DNA from: Octopus sinensis
Lineage: Eukaryota
Direction: 5' to 3'
DNA: 28,013 nt
NCBI RefSeq assembly: GCF_006345805.1
Contig: NW_021835655.1
Span: 1-28,013 of the forward strand
The translations under genes and the position numbers were made by a program. The notes under the pieces were generated by a model. It was not told where the DNA came from. It ran no database searches and saw only the letters and a list, made by a program, of their open reading frames with translations. This document shows, piece by piece, positions 22,975 to 28,013 of the stretch; position 1 is the first letter of the stretch; every line of letters starts with the position of its first letter.

Positions 22975-23875
22975 GGTGCTGCATCACCGGTCTGGAACCC
23001 CTATCTTGCCCAGGATATTAATCATCTGGAAACTGTTCAGTGACTGGCAACCAAGAGAATACCTTCCATCAGACATTTGCCATATTCTGAACGACTTACT
23101 TCCCTGAGCATTGAAACTCCGACGTCTGGCAGCTGACTTGGCAGACACCCATAAAATTATCAACCATCTTACAAACAATAACTCTGAGCACCTTTTCAAA
23201 CTCCACCCGTCTAACACCCGTGGACATGTTTACAAAGTCAGAAAACAGCACAGCTCCCATGACTGTCGGAAACATTTTTTCACGCTGAGAGTTGCTGAAG
23301 CATGGAACAAACTGCCAGCATCAGTTGTTAGTTGTCGGAGCACTGCATCCTTCAAACCTTCCATGCTTCCTGAGATTCGCCAACACTACACCTGATTTTC
23401 TCCCCTCCATACACACACAAGCATCTATCTGACTCATACACTGTTCACTTCCCAGACATTTGTACATTACTGCATATGCAGACACCCATAAAATTATCAA
23501 CCATCTTACAAACAATAACTCTGGGCACCTTTTCAAACTCCACCCGTCTAACACCTGTGGACATGTTTACAAAGTCAGAAAACAGCACAGCTCCCATGAC
23601 TTCAGGAAACATTTTTTCACGCTGAGAGTTGCTGAAGCATGGAACAAACTGCCGGCATCAGTTGTTAGTTGTCGGAGCACTGCATCCTTCAAAACTTCCA
23701 TGCTTCCTGAGATTTGCCAACACTACACCTGATTGTCTCCCCTCCATACACACACAAGCATGTATCTGACTCATACACTGTTCGCTTTCCAGACATTTGT
23801 ACACCACTGCCTATACTTTATATGCACTTTCTGACCAAGTTTTTGGTGAACCTGAGCACTGTATACAATAATTTC
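22975..23875 (+). mobile_element. CR1/L2-like LINE 3' end with 2 tandem units
   Basis: ASPVWNPYLAQDINHLETVQ*LATKRIPSIRHLPYSERL, then the same C-terminal unit twice; 3' end GCACTGTATACAATAATTTC followed by (ATT)n. Confidence 0.9.
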
Positions 23876-24008
23876 ATTATTATTGTTGTTGTTGTTGTTG
23901 TTGTTGTTATCATTATTATTATCATTATTATTATTATTATTACTATAATTATTATTATCATTATTTTTATTATTATTATCATCATCATTATTCTTTTTAT
24001 CATTATTA

Positions 24009-24048
<40 letters not shown>

Positions 24049-24055
24049 CATCATC

Positions 24056-24104
<49 letters not shown>

Positions 24105-24170
24105 TATTATTATCATTATTATTTTTATCATCATCATCATCATCATCATTATTATCATTATTATTATATT
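23876..24170. repeat. (ATT/GTT/ATC)n tract continuing from the LINE tail
   Basis: Direct reading. Confidence 0.9.
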
Positions 24171-24249
24171 CATATATATATATACTTACCCTCTACATAT
24201 GTCTGTCAGTCTATTTAACCAGCTATCTAATTATCTCTACATATATATA

Positions 24250-24470
24250 TATTTCAGTATGTGACCTCGTGAAGACCACTTGCATTTTTTTTCCTCTGTC
24301 CTCCCACCTTGGGATCTTTCTTTCTCCTATGTTTCCGACGAAGAGCTCCGCTCGAAACGTCATACCCTCCTTCTTCCCTTCTTTCCTGAGCGTCCAATAA
24401 TACTTTATTTGTTCCACATCCTCGCGTTGTTGTCTTTTTGTCTTCTTGTTTGGATTAACTTTATATATTT
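24250..24470 (+). mobile_element. Short Penelope/retrozyme-like element, TA-flanked
   Basis: Second copy of the 1836-2056 family; carries the best-preserved hammerhead-like motif. Confidence 0.6.
24331..24365 (+). ncRNA. Minimal type I hammerhead-like motif
   Basis: GTTT-CCGACGA-A-GAGC-TCC-GCTC-GAAA-CG-TC^ATAC. Stem II 4 bp; palindromic ACGT in place of stem III; GUC cleavage triplet (cut 24361/24362); stem I with one mismatch; U4 replaced by C. Confidence 0.6.
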
Positions 24471-24494
24471 ATATATCTCCATCTATAATTCCAG

Positions 24495-24551
24495 GTCCTG
24501 TAAATCTCAACCTGTTCAAGGATGACAAAACCTGTGCCAAGCGCTGTATTG
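24495..24551 (+). CDS. Internal coding exon (57 nt, phase 1-1) of a large lipid transfer protein, (G)PVNLNLFKDDKTCAKRCI
   Basis: TTCCAG acceptor and G|GTAAGT donor; open frame; CxxxC pair as at apolipophorin N-termini; splices in frame to 26979. Confidence 0.75.
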
Positions 24552-24654
24552 GTAAGTTACCTCAATGTATAATGTGTGTGTGTGTGTGTGTGTGTGTGAG
24601 TGTATAATCATTTATATTCAGGTAAACAAATTGTAAAATGGATTGTTATAGAAA

Positions 24655-25345
24655 TTGTCACTGTCATCAACATCATCGTCATCATCATCGTCATCATCAT
24701 TGTCATCATCATCAGCGTCAACAACCTCGTTATCATCCTCCTCCTCATCATCATCATCCTCATCACCATCATTATCATCAGCTTTATCTTCCTCCTCCTC
24801 CTCCTGCTCATCATCATCATCATCATAATCCCCATCATCATCATTCTCCTCATCCTTGTCCTCCTCATCATCTTACTCTACCACATCTTCCTCCTCATCC
24901 TCATCCTCTTCCTCGTCTCCCTCTGCTTCCTCCTCTTCCACCTCCTCCTTATTATCATCATCTTTATCTTCCTCTTCCTCTTCCTGCTCATCATCATCAT
25001 CATCATAATCCCCATCATCCTTGTCCTCCTTGTCCTCCTCATCATCATACCCCACCACATCTTCCTCCTCATCCTCTTCCTCATCTCCCTCTTCTTCCCC
25101 CTCGTTTCCCTCCTCTTCCTCTTCTCCCTCCTCCTTATCATTATCATCATCTTTACCTTCCTCCTCCTCCTCCTGCTCATCATCATCGTCATACTCCCCA
25201 TCATCATCATACTCATCATCATACCCCCACCACATCTTCCTCCTCTTCTCTTCCTCATTTCCCTCCTCGTTTCCCTCCCCTTCCACCTCCTCCTCTTCCT
25301 CTTCTCCCGCCTCCTTATCATTATCATCATCATTATCATCTTCAA
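24655..25345. repeat. TCA/TCC triplet tract with a 180-189 bp higher-order unit (about 3.5 copies)
   Basis: CCTGCTCATC at 24803, 24983 and 25172; intronic. Confidence 0.85.
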
Positions 25346-25454
25346 TGTCTGGACATTACAACCTTGTGTCCCAGGACTAATGGCGTCAGTTAACTGATGC
25401 CCATGGCACATAAGGGACCAAGATCCCTTGTGTCACTGGGTTTGCTCAGTTACA

Positions 25455-25583
25455 GCTTGGTGAACTGGAGCAACATAAAATGAAGTGTTTTGTTCAAGGC
25501 TACTACACGCTGCCCAGCCCAAGAATTGAAACCAAGATCTTGTGATTGTCAGTGCAATACCCTAACCACTAGGCCATGTGCCT
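25455..25583 (-). mobile_element. Old tRNA-derived SINE head
   Basis: Minus strand AGGCACATGGCCTAGTGGTTAGG..GGTTTCAATTC..CCTTGAACAAAACACTT. Confidence 0.6.
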
Positions 25584-25914
25584 TTACTTGTTGCCATTTG
25601 ATTATTCCACTATTCCACTGTTCCTTTATTCTAGTATTCCTCTTTTCCCTAGTACCCATATCTTACTATGCCACCATTTTCTTGCTTCCTTATTCTGCTA
25701 TTCTACCATTTCTTTGTTCCCTTATTCCATTGTTCTCTTGTTCTCCTGTTCTTTTATTCCACCATTTCACTATCTTTTTATTCTATTATTCCTCCATTCT
25801 TTCACCTATTCTATTGTTAATTCTACTATTCTATTGTTCTCTCATTCCCTTATTCAGCTACCCTTCTAGATTCCCTTGTATTCCTGTTCCACAGTACCTA
25901 TTCTTCATTGTTTA

Positions 25915-26940
25915 ATTATTCCAGTATTCCATTGCTCCTTTAATTTAACATTCTGTCAATCTGTTCATCTATCAATCTATTAATTATCCTCTCATTCCCT
26001 TATTCTGTCATTCTATTATTCCTTTGTGCCCCCCCGTTTCATTATTCCAGTATTCCATTGTCCTCTTAATCTTACATTCTGTCAATCTGTTCCTCCTTTG
26101 GTCTACCATTCCCTTATCCTCTCATTCTCTTATTCTGCTATTCTTTTATTCCTTTGTACTCCTCTTTCATTACTCCCCAGTGCCTTTGCTTCATTATTCC
26201 AGTATTCCATAGTTCTCTTAATCTAACATTCTATCAATCCTTTCCTCCCTTGATCTATTATTCCATTATCCACTAATTCCCGCATTCAGCTATCCTATTA
26301 TATTCCTCTGTTCTTGTTCCATCACACATTTGCTTCACTGCTTCATTATTCCAGTATTCCATAGTTCTCTTAATCTAACATTCTATCAATCCTTTCCTCC
26401 CTTGATCTATTATTCCATTATCCACTAATTCCCGCATTCAGCTATCCTATTATATTCCTCTGTTCTTGTTCCATCACTGCTTCATTATTCCAGTATTCCA
26501 TAGTTCTCTTAATCTAACATTCTATCAATCCTTTCCTCCCTTGATCTATTATTCCATTATCCACTAATTCCCGCATTCAGCTATCCTATTATATTCCTCT
26601 GTTCTTGTTCCATCACACATTTGCTTCACTGCTTCATTATTCCAGTATTCCATAGTTCTCTTAATCTAACATTCTATCAATCCTTTCCTCCCTTGATCTA
26701 TTATTCCATTATCCACTAATTCCCGTATTCAGCTATCCTATTATATTCCTCTGTTCTTGTTCCATCACACATTTGCTTCACTGCTTCATTATTCTAGTAT
26801 TCCATTGTTCCCTTAATCTAACATCCTGTCAATCCATTCCTCCCTTAATCTACTATTCCGTTGTTCCCCCATTCTCTTATTCTGATATTCTATTATCCTT
26901 TTCTACTCCTGTTTCATTACTCCCTTGTTCCTCGGATCCC
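25915..26940. repeat. About 152-bp pyrimidine-rich tandem repeat
   Basis: GCTTCATTATTC at 26188, 26340, 26479, 26631 and 26783; older diverged units flank the core. Confidence 0.9.
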
Positions 26941-26978
26941 TTATTCCACCAATCCATTGTTCCTTTCTTCTATTTCAG

Positions 26979-27139
26979 CTATGAAAACTGTCGACTATGA
27001 AGTCGGTAATGCGTATCGCTACATCTACTCGGCCACATCCAAAACTCTAATCGCTGGGGCCTCGGAGAACACTGCCTTTGTCAAGATCGATACGGATGTG
27101 GAGATTGAAACCACATCTCCCTGTGACTTTGTTATGAGA
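26979..27139 (+). CDS. Coding exon (161 nt, phase 1-0), start of Vitellogenin_N/LLT domain of an apolipophorin/apoB/vitellogenin-like protein
   Basis: Strong acceptor TCCTTTCTTCTATTTCAG and donor AGA|GTAAGT. Translates (A)MKTVDYEVGNAYRYIYSATSKTLIAGASENTAFVKIDTDVEIETTSPCDFVMR, matching the Y..G..Y.Y.Y...(S/T)....G....V.I....PC...LR pattern of the LLT beta-barrel start. Confidence 0.85.
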
Positions 27140-27179
27140 GTAAGTAACAGTTTCTCTTCATCACTAAATTTGCTGCACT

Positions 27180-27745
27180 ATGCACACACACACACATACA
27201 CGTATACACATACATACACATATACACATACATACACATATACACACATATACACACACACACATACACGTATACACATACATACACATATACACATACA
27301 TACACATATACACACATATACACACACACACATACACGTATACACATACATACACATATACACATACATACACTATACCACACATATACACCAACAACAC
27401 ATACCGTATACACATACATACAAATAACACATACATACACATATACACACATATACACACACACACACATACACGTATACACATACATACACATATACAC
27501 ATACATACACATATACACACATATACACACACACACATACACGTATACACATACATACACATATACACATACATACACATATACACACATATACACACAC
27601 ACACATACACGTATACACATACATACACATATACACATACATACACATATACACACATATACACACACACACATACACGTATACACATACATACACATAT
27701 ACACATACATACACATATACACACATATACACACACACACACATC
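27180..27745. repeat. 68-bp CA/TA-derived minisatellite
   Basis: Diagnostic CGTA at 27201, 27269, 27337, 27474, 27542, 27610 and 27678. Confidence 0.9.
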
Positions 27746-27853
27746 TGCTGAAGTAAAATACATGATTGCCAATTATTTTGGCATTTTGTTGAAACATGTA
27801 TGTCCTACAAAGCTTTGAATACTAAACCTGTTCCCTGCTTATATATATATATA

Positions 27854-28013
27854 CTAGCAGTATCGCCCGGCGTTGCTTGGGTTTGTAAGGGAAATAACTA
27901 TATAAGCATTTTTAGAGAGTTATAGCCAAAAAATAGCAAAAAAATGCATTAAAAATGGAAAAAAAAAATTATGGTAATTTTTTTTTAAATCGTTGACTCA
28001 TCGTAGACATTTT
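27854..28013 (-). mobile_element. Non-autonomous Helitron 3' end (same family as 9414-9799), cut by the window edge
   Basis: A|CTAGCAGTATCGCCCGGCGTTGCTTGGG is the reverse complement of the hairpin plus CTAG terminus. Confidence 0.8.

Noticed and set aside
24180-24240. Minus-strand donor-like AG/GG-GTAAGT site suggesting a divergent first exon
   Set aside because: A single 7-mer with no supporting ORF or promoter evidence; expected by chance.
27370-27440. One highly diverged unit within the 68-bp array
   Set aside because: Scattered single-base indels look like long-read consensus error rather than biology.

Overview
Repeat-saturated eukaryotic DNA, not prokaryotic. The SINE families look like those of Octopus (coleoid cephalopod); this is recognition, not a database result. 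The only host coding sequence I can support is two small + strand exons (24495-24551 and 26979-27139). They splice in frame into the N-terminus of a large lipid transfer protein (apolipophorin/apoB/vitellogenin-like, Vitellogenin_N domain). I could not find its signal-peptide exon. The rest is tRNA-derived SINEs, LINE remnants (CR1/L2-like, RTE, R4/Dong), two TTAA-flanked piggyBac-type MITEs, two non-autonomous Helitrons, microsatellites, and several kb-scale tandem arrays built from pieces of these elements (26, 67, 87, about 152 and 337 bp units). Most notable: (i) three short (TA)n-embedded elements carrying minimal type I hammerhead-ribozyme-like motifs of the Penelope/retrozyme kind; (ii) a 7-unit array of a LINE 3' end whose junction is a perfect 12-bp palindrome shared with a second, inverted copy; (iii) an 87-bp satellite whose origin from a SINE-into-MITE insertion can be read directly. 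Nearly all ORFs in the supplied track are repeat artefacts. Repeat boundaries are approximate, from manual reading.
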